Positions 27,630 through 37,352 of a DNA stretch of 64,000 nucleotides are shown piece after piece. Within the stretch, counting starts at the first letter, position 1. The number at the start of each line of letters is the position of its first letter. The stretch is from Vulcanimicrobiales bacterium (GTDB lineage Bacteria; Vulcanimicrobiota; Vulcanimicrobiia; Vulcanimicrobiales; Vulcanimicrobiaceae), in the NCBI GenBank assembly GCA_038231455.1, contig JBBRLI010000008.1:64001-128000 (forward strand). Reading direction: 5' to 3'. Under the pieces are notes generated by a model that made no database searches, was not told the origin of the DNA, and saw nothing but the letters and a program-made list of their open reading frames with translations. The position numbers and the translations under genes are program-made.

Positions 27630-27757
27630 TGCTTTCGCTTCTTTCGTCGATGTGTTCTCGACTCACATCGTAGCATTTTGTTCGTGTGAGACTTGAGCGA
27701 AACGAAAGTGGATTCACCTTTGGCGGGCAACAGATTGAACACCGCGAAGCGGCTCCC

Positions 27758-28477
27758 ATGAATCGACTATACGAACGAATTACCCTGACCGTTTGCGCCA
27801 TTGCTTTAAGTGCAATTGCTCTTCATGTCGTCGTGGTACCGCATTCCGCGGAGGCGGCGTCTCGAGCGCCAATTGAAGAACTCACCGTAAAGCGTTTGCG
27901 CGTGGTCGATGCATCGGGCGTCGTGCGCTTGTTGCTTAGCGGAAAGCCACAGCCAGAGGGGATGATCGATGGCAAGGTTCTTTCAAATCCCGGCGAGCCA
28001 CGATCGAGAGCTGGGTTACTCTTCTATAACGAACATGGTGATGAACAAGGCGGGATATCTTTCGAGGGGTCTGATGGTCACCAGAGCGCCAATCTTTCGT
28101 TCGATGCTTGGCACCAAGATCAAGCCCTCGAAATTCAGCATGGCGACAACTCTTCGCAAAGTGATTCGTATATCGCGGGAAACGATCTGCCGAAAGCTTC
28201 AATAGTCAAAACGTCGCCGCTGGTGCTCGAAGCCCTTAAGAAAGCGTCAACGCAAGACGAACGCAACGCAGTCTTTAAAGAGCTGCGTGCCAAAGGCTTG
28301 TATCGAAACCGACGATTTGTTCTCGGGGAAATCAACCACGTTTCTCAACTCGGTTTGAGCGACGATCAGGGACGCGCTCGCATCCGTCTCACCGTTACGC
28401 CCCAAGGCGACGCGGCGATCGAGTTCCTCGACACTGAGGGGAAAGTCGTAAAGACCGTTTCGCCGGCGAACGGTTAA
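27758..28477 (+). CDS. Hypothetical exported protein, visibly more AT-rich than its neighbours
   Basis: N-terminal hydrophobic signal; repeated 'L...D..G..R..L' beta-strand pattern. Confidence 0.65.
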   Translation: MNRLYERITLTVCAIALSAIALHVVVVPHSAEAASRAPIEELTVKRLRVVDASGVVRLLLSGKPQPEGMIDGKVLSNPGEPRSRAGLLFYNEHGDEQGGISFEGSDGHQSANLSFDAWHQDQALEIQHGDNSSQSDSYIAGNDLPKASIVKTSPLVLEALKKASTQDERNAVFKELRAKGLYRNRRFVLGEINHVSQLGLSDDQGRARIRLTVTPQGDAAIEFLDTEGKVVKTVSPANG

Positions 28478-28565
28478 GGGTTTTGTCGGCCACCCGAGTT
28501 TTTAGCTACCGCGCTCCTCAATCCGACGCCGCGGCGTGGGCTGCATTTCTGTAATTCGGCCCCGC

Positions 28566-29429
28566 TCAGCTAGCGTGAAGATGCGCGAAGACGCGACGGG
28601 AGATCGCAGCGATGCCGGCGTTCCCGGCGCCTTCGTTGCGCAGACCTTTTGTCAGCACCACTAAGATATACGGAATCTCACCGGCCGGATCGACGATCGC
28701 AACGTCGTTACGGACGCCGTCGATTTCACCGGTTTTATTCGCAATCGCGATCCCCCGAGGAACGCCGCGCGGGATCTTCGTGCGGTCTTCCTGTCCGAGC
28801 ATTGTTGCGATCATCGCGCGACATGACGCGACGCTTGCAACCGTGTCGATCCCTTCGCGCGCACCGCGTTCGAGCGCGTGCACGAGCGATCCGAGGTCGC
28901 GGGCGGTAGTGACGTTTTCATTGTGTTTCACGATAGCAAGATAGTCGAGAAAATGCCGTGCGAGTTTGGTGCGCGTCATTCCGGCTGATTGAATGGCCTG
29001 GTTGATCCGCGTAAAGCCAAAATGGGAAATCAGCATGTTCGATGCGCCGTTGTCGCTCTGTTGGATCATGGCTTTGATCAAGAACGCCATCTGGTAATGC
29101 TGGCCGACGCGCGCATAGCCAAGCGACGGCGAGCCGCCAACGAGGTCGCCGGTATTGACGCGTACCGCCGTGTGCGGCGTCGCCGTCCCGTTCTCGTACG
29201 CGTGATAAGCGGTGAGCATGATCGCAAGTTTGATCGTCGACGCTGCCGAGAACCGCTCGTCTTGGCGAATCGTTGCGAGCGGCGGGCCTTCGTCCATCGT
29301 TCGCACGTAGACACTCGTCGTACCCGGGATCTCCGCAATAAGATCCCCGAGCGGAATCGCTGCAGCGTCGGCGCGGTTGGGGAAGGCCAGTGCAGCAAGC
29401 GTGCCGCCGATGAAGAGCGATCGTTGCAT
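28566..29429 (-). CDS. Class A beta-lactamase-like serine hydrolase
   Basis: S-T-I-K, SDN and KTG motifs. Confidence 0.88.
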   Translation of the reverse strand: MQRSLFIGGTLAALAFPNRADAAAIPLGDLIAEIPGTTSVYVRTMDEGPPLATIRQDERFSAASTIKLAIMLTAYHAYENGTATPHTAVRVNTGDLVGGSPSLGYARVGQHYQMAFLIKAMIQQSDNGASNMLISHFGFTRINQAIQSAGMTRTKLARHFLDYLAIVKHNENVTTARDLGSLVHALERGAREGIDTVASVASCRAMIATMLGQEDRTKIPRGVPRGIAIANKTGEIDGVRNDVAIVDPAGEIPYILVVLTKGLRNEGAGNAGIAAISRRVFAHLHAS

Positions 29430-29483
29430 GCGTGCCCGTTCGTGCGAGAAGGTCCACGTCCTTGAGACAGAAGCGAGTGCTCG

Positions 29484-30104
29484 ATGATCGGACTTGTATC
29501 ACTTGTCCTAAGCGGCACGCTCTTCGTTGTCGATCCGGGGCACGGCACGCGCTACCCCGATGGTCGATCGCTGAACGTCGGCGCGGTTTCCAAAAGTGGG
29601 ATTCGCGAAGCCGCGGTTACGCTCGCGGTTGGCGAACGGCTTGCGGCATTGCTGCGCGAGCGCGGAGCGAAGGTCGTGCTCACGCGCAGCTTCGCGGAGC
29701 CGTACCGGATTGCGACGAACAAAAATCGCGATAATCGGGCACGTGCGGCACTGGCGAACAAAATCGGTGCGACCGCGTTCATCGCCGTGCACTGCGATGC
29801 ATCGCTCGACCCCCGCGCACGCGGCACGTCGGTCTTTTGGCTTAAGTCAAACGGCGCCGGTCTTGCCAACGCCATCCGTCATCGGCTTGCGCCGCTCGCA
29901 CTTGGCGAGTCCCAGTTTCGCGCCCGCGACCTCGCCGTGACGAGCGAAGCAACCGTGCCGGCGGTCCTTGTGGAACTCGGCTTTATTACCAACCCAACGC
30001 AAGCACGTACGCTTACCGATCCCATTTTTCAAGCGCGCGAAGCGCGGGCGCTCGCGGACGCGCTCGCCGAGCGTTTCGGCGCGCACCCGGAGGCAGCTCA
30101 CTAG
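29484..30104 (+). CDS. N-acetylmuramoyl-L-alanine amidase (Amidase_3)
   Basis: VDPGHG, E, R...AN, AVHCD, PAVLVELGFITN. Confidence 0.9.
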   Translation: MIGLVSLVLSGTLFVVDPGHGTRYPDGRSLNVGAVSKSGIREAAVTLAVGERLAALLRERGAKVVLTRSFAEPYRIATNKNRDNRARAALANKIGATAFIAVHCDASLDPRARGTSVFWLKSNGAGLANAIRHRLAPLALGESQFRARDLAVTSEATVPAVLVELGFITNPTQARTLTDPIFQAREARALADALAERFGAHPEAAH

Positions 30105-32128
30105 TGGCTCTCACACCAAGCGATCTCTATGCGTTCGTCGGCGTCTCCGATCCGAATATCGTGCGCGTGGGTTCGACGGTGTATTACGCGCGCACGACGT
30201 TCGATCGCGCAGCCGACGCGCAGTTCTCGACGATCTGGCGCGTCGATCACGATGCATCGACGGCGCGCGCGTTTACCTCGGGCACCAAAGATCGTCTGCC
30301 GCGGCCATCGCCGACGGGGACGACGCTTGCCTTCGTCGCCGAACGCGATGGTAGCACGCGCATCCATCTCATGCCGACCAGCGGCGGCGAAGCGCGTCCG
30401 CTCGGTGAATCGTACAAGACGGTGACGAGTCTTGTCTGGTCGCCGGATGGCACAAAACTCGCGTTCACCGCGACGACCGCACACGAACCGACGACCGCCA
30501 AGATCTTTCACGACGAGGTCTCCGGAGCGCGACACATTCGCGCGCTACCCTTTAAGAGTGATGACGATGGGTTGCTCGACGGCACGCGCAAACATCTCTT
30601 TGTCTTCGACGTCGCGAGCGGTGCGTGCGAACGCATAACCAGCGGCGACTTCGATGTTAGCGCACCGGCGTGGTCGCCCGATGGTACGCGCATCGCCTTC
30701 GGCGCGTCGATCGGCCTGCCCGAGTGGAGTTTCCGCTCCGACGTCCACGTTGTAACGCTCGCGAGCAAAGCGATCGTCGCGATCACGCATGGCGAAGGAC
30801 AACAGTCCGACCCGGCATTTTCGAACGACGGCGAGCAGATCGCGTTCGTCGGGCATCGACACGGGGATGCGGGCGGTCGGGTCGATACCGAACTCTATGT
30901 CGTTCCGGCAACCGGCGGCGAACCGGTGTCGCTCTCGCCTTCGCGCGGGCGCACGATGGGCTTTGTGATCGCAAGCGATCTCCGCGCAGGCCCGGTAACG
31001 ACGGCTCCCGTCTGGTCGCCTGATGACCGCGAGGTTTTCGTTCTGGTCAGCGATGAAGGCACCACGGCGATCGAAGCGTATCCGCGCGCGGGTGGCGCGC
31101 ATCGGACCGTTGCCGGCGGAGAGCGTGCGGTGGCGGCTTTTTCATGTGCCGATGACGGATCGGTGGCACTCGCTTACGTGACGCCGACGATCCCATGCGA
31201 TCTTGCGCTCGTGCGCGCGGGGCGCGAGACGCGGCTCACGCACGTCAACGACGCACTCCTCGAAGAGAAAGGCGTGATCGCGCCGACACGCCTGCGTCCG
31301 ATGACGCCCGACGGCGTGAAACTTGACTTGTGGATTCTCCAACCGCCACATGCGGAGTCACCACCGCCGTTCGTGCTAGAAGTGCACGGTGGTCCACATG
31401 CTGCGTATGGGTACGCATTCTTCCTAGAATTTCAAATTCTCGCCGCGATGGGATTCGTCGTGGCATACGGTAACCCGCGCGGTGGACAGAGTTACGGCGC
31501 CGCATTCTCCGATGCGATTACCGGCGACTGGGGCGGGATAGACGTTGCCGACGTGCTCACGATTCTCGACGCCGCGATCGCCCACACGAGCCCCGATCCC
31601 AAGCGGATCGGCATCGCCGGCGGCTCGTACGGCGGCTTCATGACGACGTGGTTGCTCGGACATAGCGATCGTTTTGCCGCCGGTGTCTCAATGCGCGCCG
31701 TCAACGATTTTGTCAGCGAAGTCGGCGCCTCGGACCTCGGTTGGTTTTTGGAACCGGAAGTCGGTGCGCCGTACGAAGCCGACATGGGCCGCAAGCTCTT
31801 CGAGAATTCACCGATGCGTGCGGCCGACAAGATTACCGCTCCGCTCCTGGTGGAACATTCCGAACGCGACTATCGCTGTCCGATCGATCAAGGCGAGCAA
31901 CTCTTCACGCTGCTTCGCCGGTTCGGACGCTCGAACGTCGAGTTCGTGCGCTTCACGGGCGACGGGCACAATCTCTCGCGCACCGGCAAACCGCGCAACC
32001 GCGTCCTGCGCTTGCGGGCGATCGCGCACTGGTTTCTGCGGCATCTGAGGCCCACGGGAATCGACGTCCCCGCCGACTCCGCAGGCGTGCTGTTCGCTGC
32101 GCTCCCCGGCGAGGTCGAACCGGTTTAG
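30104..32128 (+). CDS. S9-family (acylaminoacyl/prolyl) peptidase
   Basis: WSPDG propeller repeats; HGGP, GGSYGG, D-Y-R-C and GH catalytic motifs. Confidence 0.92.
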   Translation: MALTPSDLYAFVGVSDPNIVRVGSTVYYARTTFDRAADAQFSTIWRVDHDASTARAFTSGTKDRLPRPSPTGTTLAFVAERDGSTRIHLMPTSGGEARPLGESYKTVTSLVWSPDGTKLAFTATTAHEPTTAKIFHDEVSGARHIRALPFKSDDDGLLDGTRKHLFVFDVASGACERITSGDFDVSAPAWSPDGTRIAFGASIGLPEWSFRSDVHVVTLASKAIVAITHGEGQQSDPAFSNDGEQIAFVGHRHGDAGGRVDTELYVVPATGGEPVSLSPSRGRTMGFVIASDLRAGPVTTAPVWSPDDREVFVLVSDEGTTAIEAYPRAGGAHRTVAGGERAVAAFSCADDGSVALAYVTPTIPCDLALVRAGRETRLTHVNDALLEEKGVIAPTRLRPMTPDGVKLDLWILQPPHAESPPPFVLEVHGGPHAAYGYAFFLEFQILAAMGFVVAYGNPRGGQSYGAAFSDAITGDWGGIDVADVLTILDAAIAHTSPDPKRIGIAGGSYGGFMTTWLLGHSDRFAAGVSMRAVNDFVSEVGASDLGWFLEPEVGAPYEADMGRKLFENSPMRAADKITAPLLVEHSERDYRCPIDQGEQLFTLLRRFGRSNVEFVRFTGDGHNLSRTGKPRNRVLRLRAIAHWFLRHLRPTGIDVPADSAGVLFAALPGEVEPV

Positions 32129-32922
32129 CTTCCCGTGCCTTGGTACTTATCGAGTCCGACGCGCCACAGCAGATATGCGGCCCCAAGCCAGATCGCGCCG
32201 ACGATTGGTGTCAGCAGGCCGACGGCGGGGTTGAGCTGCAAGCCGGATTCGACTTTGTGCAAGAGATACGTTGCCGGGAAATAGTTCATGAAGGCAAACG
32301 GGAAGATGAACGCCATGACCACGCGCACGCCACGGTTGTAAATCGAGATCGGATAGCGCGAAAAATCTTGCTCGAGTGACATCATCACCCACGTGAGTGC
32401 GTCGATCTTCACAAACCAAAACGATGCCGCAGCGATTGCGACGCCGATACCGGCATCGATGAGCGCGCCTCCGAGCGCGACGAGCGGCACGTACAAGACA
32501 AAGATCGCATCGACGTGTACCTGACTATACACCGTGACGACGCAGAAATAGACGATCGCTAAGATCAACTCGTCCGGAAAGATTTGTTGTGGAACGGTGA
32601 TCGTTTGGAAAAGCGTATCGAGCGGGCGTACGAGGAAGCGATCGAAACGTCCCTCGCGCACGAATTCCGGCACGTTTCTTACGCTCGCGAAGAGCGTGTT
32701 GTTGAGCGAGTGCCCGAGCATCCACAAACCGTACATGAACGCCGACTCTTTAAAGCTCCAACCGTTGAGCGAAGGGAACTGATGGAGCGTCACCCACAGC
32801 GCGAACACGGCCGTCGCATGGTAGATGATCGAGAAGCCGAACCACATGATGAAGTTGGCCCGGTATTCGAGCATCGTCAGGAGGTTAATACGCCAATATT
32901 GGATGTAGGCGGCGAGGCTCAC
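32125..32922 (-). CDS. ABC-2 family transporter permease
   Basis: 'EYRANF', 'VREG.FDRFLVRP', 'YPISIY', 'YQGTGS'. Confidence 0.88.
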   Translation of the reverse strand: MSLAAYIQYWRINLLTMLEYRANFIMWFGFSIIYHATAVFALWVTLHQFPSLNGWSFKESAFMYGLWMLGHSLNNTLFASVRNVPEFVREGRFDRFLVRPLDTLFQTITVPQQIFPDELILAIVYFCVVTVYSQVHVDAIFVLYVPLVALGGALIDAGIGVAIAAASFWFVKIDALTWVMMSLEQDFSRYPISIYNRGVRVVMAFIFPFAFMNYFPATYLLHKVESGLQLNPAVGLLTPIVGAIWLGAAYLLWRVGLDKYQGTGS

Positions 32923-32924
32923 AC

Positions 32925-33815
32925 GTGGTGAGTTCGACGAGGATCGCCGTGCGACCGCCGTACCGCCTCGACCTCACCGCGACGGCACTGCGCCGCCTCT
33001 CGACGAATGTCGTGGACGTCTTCGGCGAGGACGGCCGCTACCGGCGCGCCTTCGCCGATACGCACGGCCGCTCTCTCGTTACCGTGCATCAACCGAACCC
33101 GACCGAACTCGTCGTCGCATGCGAAGGCGACGCGCACGTCGATGCCGTTGCGCTGGCCCAGCGCATGCTCGGCGTCAACGTCGACCTCGAACCGTTTTAC
33201 ACGGCGAGCGCGGCCTATCCGTGGCTGCACCGGCTCGTCGTGCAAATGCGCGGCGTGAAATCGCCGCGCTATCCGACGCTCTGGGAGGCGATCGTGAACG
33301 CGATCGTTTTCCAGCAAATCTCGATTCACGCTGCCGGTGCGATTCTGCGCCGCATCATCGAGCGCTACGAAACGCCAACACTGGTCGGCGAGGTACGTTT
33401 GTACCCGTTCCCCGAACCGCACATCATCGCCGATGCGGATGCAGAAGAGCTGCGCGCGCTCGGTCTCTCGATCAATAAAGTCATTGCGCTGCGCGGGCTT
33501 GCGCGAGCGCTCATCGACGGAGCAATCGTCGAAGCGGATTTGACCCCGCTACGCACGCCGGAGGTGATCGAGCGCCTTATCATCCACCGCGGAATCGGTC
33601 CGTGGACCGCGGCGGTCATCTCGCTGCGGGGCCTCGGGCGGCTCGATATTTTCCCCGAGAAAGACTCGGGCGTCGCGGTCAGCCTCAAAGCGCTCTCGGG
33701 TGAGGCGGAGGTGGACGCGCCGGGGATTCTGGCGACGCTCGGCAGCCAGCGCGGCATGCTCTACTACCACTTGCTCCTTGGACGCCTCGCCGCACGTGGA
33801 GAGATCGTCCCGTAG
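32925..33815 (+). CDS. DNA-3-methyladenine glycosylase (AlkA-like, HhH-GPD)
   Basis: AIVFQQIS, RGIGPWTA, D.FP..D. Confidence 0.88.
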   Translation: MVSSTRIAVRPPYRLDLTATALRRLSTNVVDVFGEDGRYRRAFADTHGRSLVTVHQPNPTELVVACEGDAHVDAVALAQRMLGVNVDLEPFYTASAAYPWLHRLVVQMRGVKSPRYPTLWEAIVNAIVFQQISIHAAGAILRRIIERYETPTLVGEVRLYPFPEPHIIADADAEELRALGLSINKVIALRGLARALIDGAIVEADLTPLRTPEVIERLIIHRGIGPWTAAVISLRGLGRLDIFPEKDSGVAVSLKALSGEAEVDAPGILATLGSQRGMLYYHLLLGRLAARGEIVP

Positions 33816-33848
33816 AACCGGTGCAACCGTGCCCGGGTTATAGAGAGC

Positions 33849-34571
33849 ATGAGCACCACGGCATCGTCTTTTATCGTCCAGCGGAGCGCGGAGCGCTACC
33901 ACGGGGACCACGGCTGGCTGAGCACCTACCATTCGTTCAGCTTTGCCGACTACTTCGACCCGAACAACCTGAATTGGGGCGCGCTTCGCGTCTTCAATGA
34001 CGACCGTGTGCTCAAAGGCAAGGGCTTTGGGACCCATCCGCACCGCGACATGGAGATCGTCACCTACGTCATCGACGGTGAACTCGAACACAAAGATTCG
34101 ATGGGCAATCACGGCGTTGTGAAGCCGGGCGGCATCCAGTATCTGAGCGCCGGTACCGGGCTCACCCATAGCGAGTTCAATCATTCGAAAGATAACGACG
34201 TACACTTCGTGCAGATGTGGGTGCTGCCGCGCTCGGCGGGTCTCAAACCCAACTACGGTCAGCAGCAGTTCGAACGCGCCGACCGCCTCAATGCGTGGTT
34301 GACGGTCGCAAGCGGTCAACCGGACGTCCTCGCGCCGGTCGCGTTGCTTGCCGATGCCTCGATGCACGTCACGCGTTTGGAGAACGGCGATGTCACCTAT
34401 CACTACGGTGCGGACCGTTTTGGATTCGTCTTTGTCGCCGAGGGCGAGGTGGAAATCAACGGCGAGAAACTCTCGGCTGGTGATAGCGTGCGCGTGCACG
34501 GTGTCGAGACGGTAACGGCAAGAGGCAACGGTGAACTCGTGCTCTGGGATGTCCCGCCGGCGGCCGCGTGA
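33849..34571 (+). CDS. Pirin-family protein (YhhW-like)
   Basis: HSFSFA.Y.DP, HPHRDMEIVTY, HSEFN. Confidence 0.92.
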   Translation: MSTTASSFIVQRSAERYHGDHGWLSTYHSFSFADYFDPNNLNWGALRVFNDDRVLKGKGFGTHPHRDMEIVTYVIDGELEHKDSMGNHGVVKPGGIQYLSAGTGLTHSEFNHSKDNDVHFVQMWVLPRSAGLKPNYGQQQFERADRLNAWLTVASGQPDVLAPVALLADASMHVTRLENGDVTYHYGADRFGFVFVAEGEVEINGEKLSAGDSVRVHGVETVTARGNGELVLWDVPPAAA

Positions 34572-34828
34572 ACTCGGCCTGCACGCACACTGCAACGATT
34601 CACAAGGTGAAGCCGAGCGCGGATGGGTGCGCGGAGTGTCTCAAACTCGGCGATACCTGGGTGCATCTTCGTATGTGCCTCGAATGCGGTAACGTCGCGT
34701 GCTGCGACTCGAGTAAGAACAAGCACGCGACCAAACACTTCCACGCATCCAAACACCCGATCATCACCTCGCGCCAGCCCGGCGAGACGTGGAAGTGGTG
34801 TTACGTTGACGAGATCGGCTGGGAATAG
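34568..34828 (+). CDS. UBP-type zinc-finger protein
   Basis: C..C...W.HLR.C..CG...CCDSS...HA.KH...W.WCY.D. Confidence 0.88.
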   Translation: MNSACTHTATIHKVKPSADGCAECLKLGDTWVHLRMCLECGNVACCDSSKNKHATKHFHASKHPIITSRQPGETWKWCYVDEIGWE

Positions 34829-34883
34829 GGCCCTTCGCCAATTGGCGCAAGGGAGAAGGCGTCGCAAGCGAGCAACTCGCCGA

Positions 34884-36500
34884 ATGTTTTTGACGATGTC
34901 GCGCGTTGTTGCGCTCGGGCTTCTCACATCGCTTGCCGCGTGCAGCGCGGTCTCGACGACCACGACCAGCGCGAGCGGACGTCACTCCTGGACGATCCCC
35001 GATACACTGCGGATTGGAACGGGCGTCGTGCCGCGTACGCTCAACCCCATTCTCGCAACGCAAACAATCGAATCGTCGCTCTCGCGTCTCTCAACCGACA
35101 TCCTCGTCTCGGTCGATGACAAAGGCAACTTCGTCCCCACGCTTGCGAGCGTCGTGCCGACGCAGCAGAACGGCGGCATTAGCGCCGACGGACGCACGAT
35201 CACCTATCATCTCCGCAGCGGCGTAAGGTGGCACGACGGCGTTCCGTTTTCCAGTAAAGACGTCAAGTTCACGTACGATGCGATCATGAATCCGAACAAC
35301 GACGTCGTATCGCGACACGGCTACGATTTGATCGATCGCGTGCTAACGCCCGATGCGAACACCGTGACGTTTCACTTGAAGACGGCATTTGCGCCCGCGA
35401 TCGGGACGATCTTCGGCGAGAGCGATTCACCGTACGGCATTCTGCCCGAACATGTTCTGGCGAAGTACAAGAGCATCAACGACGTGCCGTACAATTCTGC
35501 GCCGATCGGGACGGGGCCGTTCAAATTCGTTTCCTGGCAGCGCGGCGATCGCATCACCTACACGCGCAATGACGACTATTTCCTCGGCAAACCCAAGCTC
35601 AAGTCGGTGGTCGTGCGCCTGGTTCCCGATGAGAATACGCTGGTCACCCAGTTGCGCACGCACGAAATCGACTGGTTCTATGAGCCGACCGTGAACGCGT
35701 ATCGCTCGATCAAAACGCTCCAAGATACAAAGATCGTGCTCACGCCGTTCAACGGCTATCAGTCGGTAATGTTCAACAATGGAAAAGGCCCGGCAAGCGA
35801 TCCACGAATCCGGCGCGCGATTACGATGGCAATCGACAAGAAGCGGCTCGCCGATACGATCACCTTCGGCACGGCCGTGCAAGCGACGGAAGATTTACCG
35901 TCGTTCCTGTGGGCATACGATCCGACGGTGCCGGAGATCAAATACGATTTGGTCGGCGCCAAGGCGCTCTTGGCGCAGGCCGGATACGGTCCCGGGCTCA
36001 AACCGCTCGATCTGAATTTGGTCTTCGAACAGAGTTCGGCGACGAACAAAACGCTCGCCGTTCAGTTGCAGTCGACGCTCAAAGCGCTCAACATCAATCT
36101 GAATCTCCGTTCGGAACTGAGTTCGGTGATCTACGGCGGCTACGGTGCCGGCGGCACGCTCGCGCGAGGCAAGTACGACCTTGCAATCTACCTCTGGATC
36201 GCGGGTATCGATCCCGATAACTCGGCGCAGTTCACGTGCGCGAACCGTCCGCCCGCGGGATTTAATCACAGCTACTTCTGCGCGAAAGCCATGGACGACG
36301 CCCAGGCGATTGCGCTGGGCTCGTTCGACCAAGCGAAACGCAAAGCTGCGTACCGCACGATTGAGGCGACGCTTGCGAAGGATGCCGGTCAGGATTTTCT
36401 CTGGTGGCCGCGCTGGCCGCAGGCGATCAACCCGGATCTCAAACATTTCGATCCGAATCCCGTCGTTGAGACCTGGGATATCCGGCAGTGGGAGATTTAG
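34884..36500 (+). CDS. Peptide ABC transporter substrate-binding lipoprotein (family 5)
   Basis: Lipobox LAAC; WHDG.PF...DV.FT, PIGTGPF. Confidence 0.9.
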   Translation: MFLTMSRVVALGLLTSLAACSAVSTTTTSASGRHSWTIPDTLRIGTGVVPRTLNPILATQTIESSLSRLSTDILVSVDDKGNFVPTLASVVPTQQNGGISADGRTITYHLRSGVRWHDGVPFSSKDVKFTYDAIMNPNNDVVSRHGYDLIDRVLTPDANTVTFHLKTAFAPAIGTIFGESDSPYGILPEHVLAKYKSINDVPYNSAPIGTGPFKFVSWQRGDRITYTRNDDYFLGKPKLKSVVVRLVPDENTLVTQLRTHEIDWFYEPTVNAYRSIKTLQDTKIVLTPFNGYQSVMFNNGKGPASDPRIRRAITMAIDKKRLADTITFGTAVQATEDLPSFLWAYDPTVPEIKYDLVGAKALLAQAGYGPGLKPLDLNLVFEQSSATNKTLAVQLQSTLKALNINLNLRSELSSVIYGGYGAGGTLARGKYDLAIYLWIAGIDPDNSAQFTCANRPPAGFNHSYFCAKAMDDAQAIALGSFDQAKRKAAYRTIEATLAKDAGQDFLWWPRWPQAINPDLKHFDPNPVVETWDIRQWEI

Positions 36501-37345
36501 CCGCCCTGCACCACGACGCGTCGTGACGCCGCGCGCCACACGATGAGTGCCACGACGCTAAAGACGGCGAGCCACACGCACTGCACGAGCAGCGTGCGCG
36601 CGTAGTCGGCCGGTTTGATCACGCCGACGTAGATGAGTAGCGGTGCCGAGTAAATCGCGGCAAATGGCAAATCGAGTACGATGCGCTGGAAGATCCCGGG
36701 GAAGAAGATGAGCGGGATGATCTGACCGCTCAGCAGGTCGGAGACCCAGCGCACCATCAGTTGGATCGCGAACGTCTCGAGCGTCCAAAACGCGATCGAA
36801 TTCATCAAGAAATTCAGCAAGAAATTGACGAGATATCCGATCGCAAAACTCAACACGAAGACGGCGAAGGCAAGCGGTGATGGGATGTCGACGTGAACGA
36901 TGAAGAGCGCGAAGAGCAACGTTGGGAAGATCATGAGCGCGTGGAACGCCGTGCTGCCGAAGCCGTCGCTAAAGAAGTAGAACGGCAGACTGATCGGCTT
37001 CATCAAATCCGTTGCGATCGTACCTTCTCGGACTTTCTCGCGGATCGCACGCGTGCCGTCGATTTCCAAGACGAGCGACATGAGTAGTGCGACGGTCGCA
37101 TAGGTAATCATCGCGTGCAGCGGGACGCCGGTTGGCGCCGCGTTCTGCGCGTACAGCGCGACCCAAAGCATGCGCAGAAGGTAGACACGGACCAGGACCG
37201 AGGCGATGTTGGTGAAGACGTCCATTCGGTACGTCGCTTCGCGCGCGAACGCTTTCTTCGCAAACTCGAGGTACGGTTCAAGCCGCCATGCCGGTAATCG
37301 TGGGCGGAACGGCCCGGGTCGTTCGCGCGTCTCGATGGTAGGCAT
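36497..37345 (-). CDS. ABC-2 family transporter permease (partner type)
   Basis: 'YR.D', 'VREG.IA.DL.KP', 'LSG.IIPL.FFP', C-terminal VVQGG. Confidence 0.88.
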   Translation of the reverse strand: MPTIETRERPGPFRPRLPAWRLEPYLEFAKKAFAREATYRMDVFTNIASVLVRVYLLRMLWVALYAQNAAPTGVPLHAMITYATVALLMSLVLEIDGTRAIREKVREGTIATDLMKPISLPFYFFSDGFGSTAFHALMIFPTLLFALFIVHVDIPSPLAFAVFVLSFAIGYLVNFLLNFLMNSIAFWTLETFAIQLMVRWVSDLLSGQIIPLIFFPGIFQRIVLDLPFAAIYSAPLLIYVGVIKPADYARTLLVQCVWLAVFSVVALIVWRAASRRVVVQGG

Positions 37346-37352
37346 GAACAAC

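Noticed and set aside
28566-29429. Antibiotic-resistance beta-lactamase
   Set aside because: It has family motifs only. Its position beside an amidase suggests a cell-wall serine hydrolase, and activity cannot be inferred.
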